From contig JAQGDQ010000387.1 in NCBI GenBank assembly GCA_030141605.1, positions 124,001-188,000 on the forward strand: a stretch of DNA of 64,000 nucleotides. The letters are read 5' to 3'. A model generated the notes under the pieces. The model searched no databases and had not been told where the DNA came from. It saw nothing but the letters and a program-made list of their open reading frames with translations. Source of the stretch: Tubiluchus corallicola. Its lineage: Eukaryota; Animalia; Priapulida. This document shows, piece after piece, positions 28,152 to 42,700 of the stretch (position 1 is the first letter of the stretch; each line of letters starts with the position of its first letter). A program made the translations under genes and the position numbers.

Positions 28152-30809
28152 ATGCTGATAAAACATCCAAACACAACCCGGAGGAGAGGCGGGATTGTTC
28201 TAGGAGGATTCCTAGCTTTCGAAGGTGTACTTCTTCTTGGAAGTGCCTACTGGTATTTCAAGATGGTCGACAGCCAAGGTGAGAGCATGACGCTATATAA
28301 GTTTCATGGACTCTTTTCTTCTGACAAGTACTTGTCTTTTGCAAAAGGACAGGGAGACATAGTTTGGCTCTATGAAGCTGCATTCTAAGCTATTGAACTA
28401 GTCCTTGGATTGATGATATTTTCAAATTTTATCCAATTTTGTTATTTGATTTCCTAAATTCTTTTCATAAATAATGTATCAGTCTCTAATGCACCAAAGC
28501 GACCAGCGCCTGCATTTAAACCTAGTTTGAAGAATTAATTCAGTGAAACCGCTATTTTTTGCTGCTCTTCAGTTCATTTTGCTGTATTTGTGTCTCTCAG
28601 TTTGATGGCACACCTGTTAAATGTTAATAAGTTTGCTACGTTTTTTCTTTCATTTAAGATTTTAAGAATCGATTTTAAGGCCGTCTGCTTGCCTTATCAT
28701 GTGTTTACTTTCCTTGTTTACTACCTTTGCCTGTGCCAGTTAATGACTATTTTCACTTTGTTGTTGTCCTAAACATTGCTACAAGTGGGGTAGTGTCATA
28801 ATAGGCTAAACGCCCGTTTTGTTCTGCATAGTAACTAGTAAGCATGCATATATACATTACATTATTTGAATTAAATTAACGATACAGTAGTTTGTGTAAA
28901 TCTTTCTGTATAGGTTTGCCACTGTTTTAACTCCTGCAAGAGTGCAGATAAAACTTTGGTGTAACAGTGATTTAAAATCCTGAAGGAGAAATCAGTCACT
29001 CAAAGTTTTAAATTTATTGACATTTTACCTCCTTGCTGTTTATGTGTGTTATATTGTAATTCATTTTACTTGTGCTAAATGTTGGTGCTGATTTACATTT
29101 TGACCTGAAAACTTTTACTTTATTTCAGAATATAGAAAGAAGATTTTCAATCGATGGCCGAAAGTTTCAAATGGTAGGCTATCCCATTTGACAGTATACC
29201 TCATGCTTATCTGTTATTTACCATACAGTCGACTGTAAGATAAGTCGAACTAGTGATTCACTCTCTATAACATCATCCTTTTACTCTGTGTCCAATACTG
29301 CACGATTAATGGTTAGTAAGGTTTTTACTCATTCTTACCAAGGATTAAAAAGGTATAATAAAAAGTTCTTTTTGGACACATATTCATTCTCTTGTAACAT
29401 TAGTGATTGTTATGTGTGTGAACTATATACTCTTGAAATATTATAATTGTAATTGTAATTTTTTAACTGAGTAGTCAGCTTTTGTAATAGACATAATTGA
29501 CATGTTTTTTCTTTGTGAAATAATGCATGTAAGATAGTACCATGCTCTCACATTTCATTGTCATCTACGTTTAGTATGTAACTCTGCAATGGGTCACTTT
29601 ACTTTGGGTGGCCTGTACATTATGCACTGGTCTTTCCACCTTGTACAGGTCTCTCTAGCCAATTTATTATGTTGTATCTTTTTTATTATATTAATTTTTT
29701 GTGGCTAAAATAAATAAATATCAAATATATATCTTAATATTATAAACTTGAATGTTAATAAAGGTATGTAAATATAGGTAACAGTACCCATAAAAGTTCG
29801 TAGAAAACTATCCAGCGTGTGATTAACACATGAGAAAGTCTGCTACTCATATGTGCAAAATTAAACATTACATTAGTTACAACTGGGTAAGCTCATATTG
29901 CATTTAAAGCACAAGAAAACCATCCACTTACATAAAGCTTAAAAATTCATCTTGAATTTTTTATATAAAGATTTTTACGCTGTATATAACATATAAATCT
30001 AAACTCCCGCGATGATTGTTAGATGCAGCCATTTTGACGACAGGTCATTTGAAACACGTTTAAATAACATTGTGTAAAGTTTGAAACAATAATCAGAGCA
30101 TCTGTGTCACACACATCATTAACTGAGTAAAATTTTAAATTACTATATCTTGTCAATAAGATTAAAAATACTTTTTTGGTAAGTAAGTGGTGCACCCTGG
30201 AGGGTGAGTCAGCGACGTTTTACCAATTGATGAAATAATTAATAATTTTCTTTTCTAGTTACATAAGTCTTTCTAGCAGGTAAGCGAGAAGCTAAGTAAT
30301 ATAGATTTGCATGGAAAGTTTTTGGGACATAATTTAACATTGCCTTTTCTTCCCCTGATTTGCGTTTGCATAGTGACGTCATATAATGGCGACTTCAGAA
30401 CAGTATTGCAAGAGATTTAAAATGAACACAAACAAAAATTTCTTTCAGTGTGAGTACGATATATGTATAAAATTGCTCTGAAGTAATATAATTTTTAAGG
30501 TGATTTTTCTGGAACCAACTTCATGTACCCTTTTCTTGTCCTTTAATGTTATAGACAAAATATAGATTTCTACATTGACTGTTTTTGAGCACTGGTTTGA
30601 GTCTACACAGTTTTTAATGAAACCCACCAGGTATGCAAAATTAAAACAGGTTTATAATTGTCTTTGCTGAACTTTAGTAATGATTACAAATTATTTTTGT
30701 TGCAGTTTTTTATATGACATGTGACTACTCGGGCAGTAAGAAGTGGAAGAATTTACGAAAAGACGATTACGCAGCATGGGGTGTTCGAGATCCTCTGGGC
30801 AGGTGGTAA
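28152..30809 (+). CDS. CEBPZOS: CEBPZOS-like single-TM microprotein, 91 aa, 3 coding exons
   Basis: Exons 28152-28278, 29129-29173, 30706-30809 (276 nt, phases 1/1) give MLIKHPNTTRRRGGIVLGGFLAFEGVLLLGSAYWYFKMVDSQEYRKKIFNRWPKVSNVFYMTCDYSGSKKWKNLRKDDYAAWGVRDPLGRW. This follows the recalled CEBPZOS pattern (E..GAY...KM..SQ.FR.....P....YY....SG....R..D...W). Probable UTR exon ends at the 27773|GTGAGT donor. Confidence 0.8.
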
Positions 30810-32284
30810 CATGTGATGCTTGCATCTTCCCTTCCTCTACCCAAGGCTAATAGGACTCGCCAGATGCAATAAGTGTGTCAGCAAGGATAATAGTTGTGTT
30901 AGTTGGCTGCTGTATAACAGTGATAAAAAATGCCTAGTGTGAACCACTACTGCTGCACATTGTGTGAACAGGTCTATTGCATATTTTTGAGTGTCTGTTG
31001 CATATCAAGTGTCCATTGGAAAAACTAATGTATTGAGGACACTCTAGGTTTGTTGTGGGTAGAAGGTTAAAGATATGCAAGAGCTAGAACTCGACAAAAT
31101 CGAACTCGTTTTGATCAATTGTTCTGTATCTCGAAAAGATGGGGGCATGAATATTGTTGAATCATCATTATAGAGCTTAATTCTCTACCGAGTGTCTGCT
31201 ACTGATGTCAGTGTACTGAGGAACACACTAAGCTTTCTGCATAGCATGAAGAGCAAGAATTTTCTAGAGTTGAACATTCTGTGATAATTATTCTGCATCT
31301 AGCAATAGATAGTGGTTTGTAGAATAGTTTTTGCCAAAGCGAAGTGATTGGAGTTGGTTGTGAGTGCTTGCTGTGTACAGCACTCAGAACACTATATTTT
31401 TATGACACTGCCGTTTGTTAGCGTGGTTTGCATATGATTAAACAGATAAATTTTTATTTATTGTTATTAAATTATGAGAGTGCTGTCATATGTACTCTAT
31501 GATACATGTTTGTACCGAATGCTGGTATTGCAAGACCTAAAACTGCTGTTTCTTTAGTCAAGATTGAAAGTGGTATTACTTGGCCCACTTGCTGCATGTA
31601 AACTTTGCAAGAACAAAGTGAAAAGGCTTTGTTGTTCTGTTAACTTTAGCAGTGTGTTAATTTGGGTTTTGACAATGTATTTTTTATATGGTGGCTTTTG
31701 TTAAATGGGCTCAGTATTTTGAATTTTAGAAGTTATTGAACGTCCATTTATTATACACCATTATGTTGAAATTTATAATGCAATTAGACAAATTATAACT
31801 GTCTTGAAGCTCATTTAGTTTAATCATTGTTGTTTTTATAATTTTTTTATGATTGACAAATAACTGTGTAAGAAACATTTCAGATAAATAGGCACAAATG
31901 GCAAATTTAACTGTTAAAGCTGATTGAATAAATTATTAATTTAACTGGTTTTTTTTCCTGTATAAATGCTTAGTGTATTTTAGTTTGTTTAAATTTGTAA
32001 TCATTAATGTTAGTTTCCAAGACTTAGTACATGTATTGAGCAGAACAAACTGATATTAAGCACATAAGTAGATGTAGCAGCAAAATTAAAGATTTAAACT
32101 TAGGATTTCAAAAAAAATAAAACGTGTTGTAAAAAGTTTTTAAAACAAATAATGTTCAAAGGAGAAGTAAATACTTCTGCAATATTGGGCACTAGAAACA
32201 ATAATTATTGTTATTAGTTTAATTCTATCAAAATCCTGCTGTCAGGAACATAATGTCCTATCAGGAGTATAACGTACATCTTTT

Positions 32285-32400
32285 CTTGTTCCTTCGCGAG
32301 AAGGCGCCACGAGCCGAAATGATTTTGATACTAGTAAACAATAGCGCGTGCTGCGAATATGTGGTCTTTCCCAAATTAATGGTTATTTTGTTGCGTGGAC
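32285..32400 (+). promoter_or_regulatory. Likely BABAM2 promoter (local CpG-rich patch)
   Basis: CpG cluster including TCGCGAGA at 32294-32301, 65-180 bp upstream of the ATG, in otherwise CpG-poor DNA. Confidence 0.4.
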
Positions 32401-32464
32401 TTTCGATTTTTAATACATTTTAACTGAATATGACAATGACCTGACACAATTTTATTATTTGTTA

Positions 32465-35400
32465 ATGGCTCCTGTGAGTATTCTTGACAACTTCTCCCCC
32501 TGTGTAAAATCTCATGTTGAGGTGATTCTCAGAGATGGAAAAGTTGGAATATGTGCTGGGAACATCAGAGTAACAGATCTCAACAGTGGGTAAGAACCAA
32601 AATTTGAGATTCTGTAATTTTAGCTAGACTCCAAATAACATCACTTTAGTATCAGTCAAGCAATCAATCAACTCCAAAAATCAACTAAAGTTTTTTTTGC
32701 TTTTGATTTCTTGACTAAATATGGTATATATATAATATAATTATAATTTATATTTGAACTGTATAGTATTAATATTACATTTGAATTTATTTTCACACGA
32801 CAATTACATTAGACATAGACATATACATTTTTCATTTATCTCCTTATTTACATCAGAATACAAAGAGGCTGTAATTGCTATAATTATTAGATAATCAGGA
32901 TAAATTATGCATAAAGGAAAGAGTTAGGTGATGCAAGAGAAAGGGTAGCAAGAGACCAATTGGTCATCAACTCACCTGCCCTTCTAGGATTAGTGTAAAT
33001 TGAACATAAAAAACATTAACATTACATGTATATCATTGGAGCGCTAGCAGTAATAACAGTAGTTGTGAGCTGCAGAGCACGGGAATAGAGAAGAAACAAG
33101 AAGGTGCATAATGGAAAGGGAGCACATAATGATTAGTTGATGCGATGACTGACTTTAGATGACGAAAAATTAAGGTATATGAGTGATGGAGAGACAGATA
33201 AATTAGTAATTAGACCAGAAGTAAAATAAAGCTTAAGCGAGATCTATAGTTCATGTGTAATATATAAATATATATCATATGATAGATATATAGTATATAA
33301 ATATATTTAATATTACATGTAAAAGTGTGTGTATGTGCACGTGGATGCTTACCTGTTGCATGTAATTTTCGAGTGTCAGTTTATCTGATGAGCCATTCGC
33401 ATTCAAAAAGTATTGCAGTTTATTACTTCCAGGTCACATTTATACTTTTGACATTCCTGCATGGTAATTAAAGACAGGTTACCATTAATACTGTTGCAAC
33501 TGACAACTTTAACTGTTAGTTTTAGTTAATGTAAAAATGAGAAATTTTGTGAAAATCTGATATACCACTATTCTATTTTAGTGATTTGCTTGAATATGCA
33601 GATGGCACTCTGCATCAGGGCAAATGTGATCGATTCAAAATTTGCATTCCTTATGGTGGACACTCCGTAACATGTAAGTCAGCACTAAGAAGTTTATTAC
33701 ATCAGTAAGTCTTTTCATGGTTTCGTTGTGCGCATCCGCAGTTGCTGTAGGTCAAAGGTTAAGTGTACCACAACAGCGTGCGTTAACTACATCTGACACA
33801 TGACATGTTGTGGGTAAAGCAAAGCCGTCTGCCACATCAGTTTAGTAACTTCATTTGTTTTACATGAACTTTATTTATGCGTTAGTCTGTGCATAAAATG
33901 ATTTATTAGCGGGATCTTGCTTGAGAACAAGAAGAAATGAACTATGTAAGGTTCTAACTAGTTATTAAAACTGTTACTATTACAACAGAATTGTGGGGCA
34001 TTGTCAATTGTACGCAGATGCGTAGTCTGATACATTTAACCTTTGATCTTTTCACGATCATCATCAATTGCTGAAACTGTGAAAATGCTTATTGGAGGCA
34101 TACAAAAACACTCGCTAGATGGCACTGGCAGGAAATGACACTTCTTGTGTAAATAGCACAGATGTTTTTTTGCAGGGGAAGTGTTATTCAATGCACCTAC
34201 ACCAGAGACTCCGCCTGATTTCATTTTTGACGATTTTGATTTTTGTCCGGACCCTTCACACCTTCCGGTAATAATGTTTGTTTCTGTGTGACTGAGTGTG
34301 TGTGACGCTCGTGTTCGTTTGCTTGAAAATATGCTTTAACAAGCTAGAATGCAATGCATTGGTTTACCAAATTATTGACTTTTTTCTGTCAAATTATCTG
34401 AAATTGTCATTTTAAATTTATTGTTGCTGTGAATCCTTTTTTTGTCGTAAAAAAATTAAATAGCGAGGAGGTCTATTGTGACGCCTTAATATAAAAACTT
34501 ATGGCACGATAAAAGAACATGAGAACACAATCGTGGCAAAATAGACAGCTTTATAGAGTTACTAGTACTTCACCAGCAGACCTTGCAATTTTAAAAGTAT
34601 CTGGATTTAATTGTTTTCGAAAAACTTTTAGAAAATGTGAAACATAATTGTCTCGTTTAAGCGTAAGGCAGGTCTGCTTGTACAGGAACCAACTGGAGGA
34701 AGTGTAAAACTGTTATCATTTTAACATCAAAAATGATGAAGCTGCTAGATCTTTAGCTTCAGGAGTCATTCTGTCTGCCTATATCAGCTGAATTAATGTA
34801 CTTTAGATGATTAGACATATAAAATTTACACGAAATGTATATTAACGAGTGATAAATGTTGTTGTGGTCTTGATTTATTGTAAAATTATCTTGTTTAGCA
34901 TTAGCACATGGTGTAAACAGTTGGTAATGCTAGTGTATGTTACACCTAAGACTTCTGTATTCTTCCTCAGCAGTTTCACGCACGAGTTTTTGTACCGTTT
35001 ACAGAGTCTTGCTGCTTGGAATCCAAACGATTCTTCATCACTGCTTTCAGTCGTACGAGAGCTACTGGACGAGTATAGACAATACAATGTTTCCAAGCTG
35101 CAGCTCAGCCCACAATTGCAGTTTGAGTACAATTCTTTGGTGGAGAACGCTGTGTTTCCAGCCGAGGGCGTAGAGGTGTACGTAGCTCCTCAAGTATCGG
35201 TAAACATGAGCATGATTTAATTTGCATTGTCGTTGCTGTGTACTACTAAATAGTTTTTGAAATTATTTAAAAGCTGCATTTGTCATAGTCCAGAAGTTGT
35301 CAATTACAAACACTTAGCTCGGTGTCATAATCTTAGAAGTATTTTAACAGTAAAACATAAGTTGTTGTAAATTTTTTATAATCAGTAATTAATTTTTGGT

Positions 35401-38400
35401 GATATTAGTCTGGAAGAAAATTCTTGAAGCCTTACATTAATAGTGCATTTTGTGTGTATGTGTGTGTGTGCTTGTGCGTGTATGTACATGCATGTGCGTG
35501 CGTGCATGCGAGGGTGCATGTGAGGGGGGTGCATGCGTGTGTATACATGTTCGCATGTTTGTGTACACATGTGTATGTGTTGTGTGCGTGAATACGGGTG
35601 TATGTGTGAGCGCGTGTGTATACATGAGTACCGGTGGTACTGAGAAGAAATCAACTGTTTTTTAAATCTTAATGTGTGATATGAAAATGTGACTTCACTG
35701 TCACCATATTGAATTGTACTGTGTCTATCAGTGCAGGATATTAATTCAGCATTGTCATTTGCCAGTATTTTGCAATTCACTTCTAGATGACGGAGCCTTA
35801 TGTTTCTTTCAAAAGCATCCAAATGACAACTTTAGATGAGTTGCACTGTTAAGCCTATGTTGCCAAGACCTAAAACATACATTGTAACTGATTTTTTTCC
35901 TTTTTTATTGCTATAGGGAAAGAGTTCACCAGTGTGTTTTCTAATCAAACTTCCGGTGGATTTTGCAAAAGTGCCACCATATTTGCTACAAGTGAGTGTG
36001 TTTCTAATGCTATAAACAAATACTTTTTATATGTAGCAGCAACAGTAGTACTCGTTTGTGATGACTAGTAACAACAATAAATCTACAACTTCAGTTTCCT
36101 ACTCTAGCAGATTTATTTGAATTAAAGCAATACCCTATCTAATGTTAAATATATCTGATTCTCCTGATAGATATAGGCATAGACATGTTTATTGATCTCT
36201 TCTATTGCACATGATCTACTAAAAATACACAGCTGATTAAACATATAAAATTTACACAAATTGTATATTAAGGAGTGATGAAATGGGTACAAGAGAAAGG
36301 GTAGCAAAACACTATCAGGTCATCGAGTCAGCTATCCTTCTAAAATTAATAAAATAAAACTATATGCACTGAATAATTACTAGAAAAACAACGACAATTA
36401 CGTATAACAAAAAACAATATCAACAAAAACAATGACAAAGTTAAATTTAAGGAAAAAAGATACAATAAATAGTATATAGTTAACCTACATAACAATAACG
36501 TGTTTTAGTTTAGTTTATTTTTTTACCATAGCACTGCATACATATACTGTAATTATGTATCATCATTACTGAAAAATGTAAATAAGATATATATAAATTT
36601 AGAATCATCAGCTTGACTAATTAAGTCGATTTGCAAAATTTGCACTCCTTGTTAGATGGCTTTTGCAGGTAAATTTACAGGTGTTTCACATACATGAACC
36701 AAAAAAAATACTACATCTGGAAATGTTTTGCAAAATCAAATTATATCGATGTCCATTGTTAAATACAGGTATCGGATTGTACAGGAAAAATTTAACATCG
36801 AACAAACAAAGAACTAAACAATATACAATTTTATACTATAGACTAGAGCCTAAAATATTAAAAAAGAACAAATTGTTTGTTTAAGATTGACTTAAACAAT
36901 CATTGAGATAGGAGTCTAATTACCAGGTATGTTACCGAGACTGAACTTACAAACCGAAAGCGAAATTTATGAAACACGATACTGAACCGAAACATTTCTG
37001 CAAAAGCAGCTACTTTTCAAACAGGAAAAGAGGAAATTTTAAAATAAGTAAAATATTTTGTTTTTTGTTGGTTTGCTTTTTTTGCTGTGATACAAAATTA
37101 TGCATAAAAAATTCTAATACGTAAAGGACAAGGAAATTTTGCAGTATTGAGCCTCAAGTTTGATGAAGTGGCTTACCTTTGAAAATGTGTTATAATGTTT
37201 TTGGATTTGAGCATCCTTAATGATTAATGTTTAAATATCATAATGCCTCATTAAAAATAAAAAATTTTTATTTTGTAGATATTTTGTAAAACTTCACAGT
37301 GGTCAGCACTCAAGATATGCCGCATTGCTGTGAAAAGCATATCACAAACTGTTATGTAAAAGAAATTTTCGTTTTATTTGAACTAATTTTGTCAAGATTT
37401 TGTAGTGGTTTTTGACATCTAGGAAAAAGAAAATTTAAATTAGGCAAATACTAGTAAAACCTAGGACAAATGCTACCAAAAAATATCCGAATTTTTTTAG
37501 CTAATTTATTAAGTTTCGTCAAAACCGAAAGTTAACTGAAAGTGCACTCATCTGCAAACTGAAACAAAAACTTGGTTTGGGCAACATCCCTCGTAATTTC
37601 ATTAGTTTTCCTTTTAGCCATAGATGTTCAGGTAGGCAACAGTGTCTACATCTGAGAAACTCATTCTCCCACTCAGCCTTCTGCTTTTTGCATTTTTCCT
37701 AAATTGCTCAGCTTAATTGAAATATTCTTATATGTATTTAGCAAACTAGCAGCGGTTACCTGGTATTTAAACATTTTCTTTTCTCAGACACACGTATGTG
37801 CTGCTAAATATAGTACTGAATGCTTCATAAATTGATAAAGGTATTTTCTTTGCTCAATTTGCCCACTTACTAGGCCCCTATCACATTTAATTAATTAGAC
37901 ATATTCAAGGCCTTCGTGCTTGGTATAACACACCACAGGCAGTTACTGAGACCTTCTGCTATATAAGTGCCATATAACGAACAAGTACAAAGTACTACAC
38001 AACAACCAGTTGCCGTGCCTGTTTGTATTTAAGGGCAGTTCATATACATGTAATTAATAATCATCATGTTAAAAATTAGTTAATAGTATTACTAATACAC
38101 CACAAGTAACTGTTTAAACCGTTCAGTACATAATCCACATACATAAATTCACAATACAGGTTGGCGGGACATATTTATTAGCCTAGGGCATCGTAAAGTC
38201 TTGATATGCCCCTAAACTTCTTTTATTAGCAGTTAGAATTTTTTACGTTCTCTGGCACTTCAGTACTGCTTTCATTGCTTTCCGAAATGTGGTTAATTGT
38301 CCTGCATACACAAACACGTTTATGAATGAGTTGTTCAAGGGCAGGAGCAAAAGAAGAGCAAAAACCTTTGATATTGAGGGGGTAAAACAAAGCTCGCATC

Positions 38401-39676
38401 TTAAAAAATGAATCTCGTATAATACGAGAAATGGTAACCAAAAGCCAATGTAAAGCACTACTGTAACACCAAAAACTTTAACTATTTTCATTTTGTACAA
38501 AAAGTTGTTGACCTCATTTTCTGATATAACACTGAGAGAATTTGAAGCTGCCTCAATTGCCCGCTGTTGCTTCAATGCAACTTTAATGATGCCGTAATAG
38601 CAAAAAGTTTGCAAAAGCGTAACAATTATAAAATGAAAGTTGTTGATGAAAAACATGAATTTTCCAAAATATCCGGTGAAGCTGATGCAGTAATAACCAG
38701 TGCTGTTACTCAATTGATAAGTTACATATGCAATTGCACTTGTAATTGAGGCATAGATCCATGAAAGCAGGCAAACAATATTTGCACGTTTTTGAGTAAC
38801 CCAGCGCAGGTAAAGAAAAGGGTAAACGATAGCTAGGTATCGCTCAACGGTGACTGACAGATAGAACACCACTGAACTGTTAATATTTAACATTAGTAAG
38901 CACATGAGGAATGTACAAAAATTGACACTGCATCTCAAGTCCATCAAAAAACCTATAGCCAACGTCAGCATCCCAAAACCCGTTAGAGAATCCGCTGCAG
39001 CGAGATTGGCCATAAAAAAGAAAGGTACTTGATGCAGTGAAGGTGTGCGGATGATTGTGGTGAGTACCAAGAAGTTACTGAACAAGGTACCGACACCAAG
39101 CAAAGTGTTGAGTGTGGTCGTAGTTACTGCAGCTGCGTTGTCGTTCATGACTATACATACAATGCCATCACTGTTGTTACTAGTGATGTTGATGCTGTTG
39201 TCCTGATTCATAATCAATTTATATCGCAAAAACAATTTTCTCCTCGTCAACGTTCAAATCTACAAGAGTCACAAAATTCATGTTGAGAAAATAAAAAACT
39301 GGCTCACATTCTAGCAGCGTGCCAACTGCTACAATTAAAATATAACATTTAAAGTTGAGCGATGAAAATTAACATCTAAAACGAAGGATTATTTACAATC
39401 GAACACGTACTTACCTGAAAATCTCGTTGTCAGTGTATATCTACACAATCATTATGTCTGCAGTGATCTCACATTTATCCTGCCTCTTGCGAGTCTAATG
39501 ATGTCGTTATTTGTGCGATAATGACATTTAGAATTTGAAACTCTAAATAATGAACACGGAGCTATTCTCAAGTTGCATTTGAATACACGTTTGTTGCAGT
39601 TTGTGCGTAAATTCCCATTTGAGTGTGACGTAATATGCAGTTAATAATTGTAGGAAAATTCTAGAAAAATACAAAC

Positions 39677-39714
<38 letters not shown>

Positions 39715-42700
39715 ATTATAATTATAGTATCATGTAACCTACCATAATAGGGAATGTGACATTTGGGCATGTCCACTTGGACACTTTGGTGAGAGAAATT
39801 TGAGCACTAATAAAATAAGATTCTAACCTATTTTTTGTCTTTAGTTTTTAAAAATTCTGTATTTTAAAAGTTCAATATTTCCTAACTCTTCCATTTTTTC
39901 AAGATTGCTTAACAAACATCTGTGACTGGAGACACTTTAAGTGATTGCCTTTGTTTCGTATTAACGAATAAAAAAATGTATTTCAAAATAACTAATCTAT
40001 GTACGTAATCACTGTTGGGGTTGACAGTAATAGTTTCACTGAAATCTGAACATATCACTTTTTCATCCATGACCCATAGGTCAAGGCACTGAAGGTCATG
40101 ATTTCACCTCTTTTCACTGTTTCATCCATGACCCATAGGTCAAGGCACTGAAGGACACGATTTCACCTCTATTCACTGTTTCATCCATGACCCATAGGTC
40201 AAGACACTGAAGGTCACGATTTCACCTCTATTCACTGTTTCATCCATGACCCATAGGTCAAGGCACTGAAGGTCATGATTTCACCTCTATTGAATTCACT
40301 GTGCTTTTGATTACCTAGAAATTGCATTTTGTTGCAAAGGATGTTGAAACTTCTGACTTTCTGACCTATGACCCACAGATCAAAGGTCAACCTACACCAT
40401 GCAGTTTGTCTCATCAAGACCTTTTATTTCATGTACTACAAGGTACTAAAATCGTAACTTGGCACTTCAGACCCGTGACCTCGAGGTCAGGCTCAACCAA
40501 ACTCATACATTTCAATTTGTCTTATCAATACCTTTCATTTCATGTATTACAACACTGGGAATATTTGTTTCCCAGTCACCCAATTTCAATTTTTGCCTAA
40601 GCGGTGTCTTCCAGCCTGGACGTACATCGTTTCAATGAGACTGTTCATGTGATGATACTATAACCTGCTGTTTTGAAAAATAATTTTATTTGTTAACGTG
40701 AAACAAAAGCTGCAGTTAAAGCAGCTCCCATTACAATAGCAGAATTTTTTACCACAATTTTGACAGCCAGATATGTTCACTTGTTGAATTTTTTTCTTAC
40801 ATTTTATTTTTAAGGATCAAGGTTTGGGAGAAGATGCAGCTGTTTTGCTAGTCACATATCATTCATTTGAGGGCATGAAGGCCACTCCACAGCTTTACTT
40901 ATCACCTAGTTTAGAGCAGTAAGTAAAATTCTACTAAACAAGTTGAACAAATCAAATATAATGGCTTATTAAGTCTCTGGAAGACGTTTACTGCGAGTAA
41001 ACGAAATGCTGTTTTTGTGGCTGTTACGAAAGTTCAACTAAAAAAATGGCTAAGTGGTGATGTTGTGCACTTAACGATCAAAGTTAAGCAAAGCTGAGCT
41101 TGGTCAGGAAATGGATTGGTGGCATCAGGAAAACTCCTTTTTACCGCATTACCCACCTGCTTTGAGGAATGATGTATGTGCAATTGTGCATTCAGACGTG
41201 GTTAAGATACCTGTCTATGTGTTGTCACATCTTAGAGGATTATTTTTGATGTGAGATGGATACCGGTTTTGCCACATCCATCAACATAATAAAAAGGCAC
41301 TCTTGCTGAGCTGAATTTCTAAGCTGTACAATTCAAACTTTTTATTTGCAAAATAGTAATGTGTTGTAATCATATCCTCTGCCATTTTTGCCACTGATCA
41401 ATATTTCTGTCAGATCAGACGTTGCTCAACTTTAAGAACAGTTGTTGAGATACTTGTTAATCTAGACAAGTCAAACGTTTTTTCTTCTGCTAGTGTGTTT
41501 TGTATGCATGTGGCATTTTGTTTCTTCTGCAGTGCAATGGGTGGGGCTCCAGGTATCAGAATACCTGCTTACACTATGAACACTTCACTTACTGATTATG
41601 TGCCTCAAATATGCGATTTACTCAAAAACAAGGTATGTACATCTTTCATAATAGAGTAGAATTTTGTTATTGTAATTTAAAAAACAACAGAGATAGTTTT
41701 CTGAATAAACTGTAAAAAAATAATTGACTGCCAGAGGTGATTAAAACACATTAGAAGGACTTCTAAGTAGTGCAAAAGGTGCAAACAAGAACAAGGCCTG
41801 GAGTAATTATTGCTAAGGTTCATTATTAAAGAAATTTATACGGAGTATTTCATAAATTTTGCTACTGCAGAAATATTTATTGCCAGTGACGCAATAAAGT
41901 CTGCTTGATTTTGGTCTTAAGTTGAGCATTGCTGATCCCTGTATTTATTTTGCCTAGTGGCGGGAAAAGCCTGATTGTTCAATCTCTAAATTGAAATGCG
42001 CAGAATTGCTGTGCGTACTTTGTGACTAAAAGTATGGTGTTTCGTAGCTACTTGTTAGTTCGAGAACTTACTGCTAGTTGTTTCACTGTATGCGAAATGT
42101 AAGGATTTTGAAGAATTAATTGGTAATTTCGTTAAATGTGAAACCATGGCCTTACCCTGGCTATTTATCATGTTGCTTGTCAATGCCAAACTTCGTAAAA
42201 CAAAATCACCTACTACACTACATCAACAATGCAACAGTCACCTGTTAAAAACATTTTTAAGGTACCATTTATTTTTTGCTTGTACTTTAATAAAAAATTC
42301 TGCCACTGCATTACTTAATACTTAATTAACCACTGCAAGTGCATTTAGCTTTACACTAACTGGAGTAATGCCTTGCAAATGTGCTGCCATCTGTCATAAG
42401 TGTTAGTAAGTACTTGTAAGTACTGTTACTAGTGCTACTTTAATTAGATTTTGTAGTTTATTAGCAAACTATACTGCATGTATTTACAACTTGTGTGCTG
42501 CAGGTGGATGCTTTGGTACAGTCATACGAGCAACGTAAAGAGTACATGGCCGCTATGTTGACGCAGTTTGGAAGTTCTGTTATCGAGTACGACATTAAAA
42601 ACTTTGCCAAGCTCTCCCTGCTGTTGGAATGGAATGATTTCTGCTTTTTATTGCACAGTATGTATAACAAAGTACCTAAAATGCTTACATTCCTTGCCGG

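Noticed and set aside
41440-41482. Another hammerhead-like arrangement (ACTTGT/ACAAGT stem followed by AAACGTT)
   Set aside because: Both the CUGANGA and GAAA boxes are broken, too degenerate to support.
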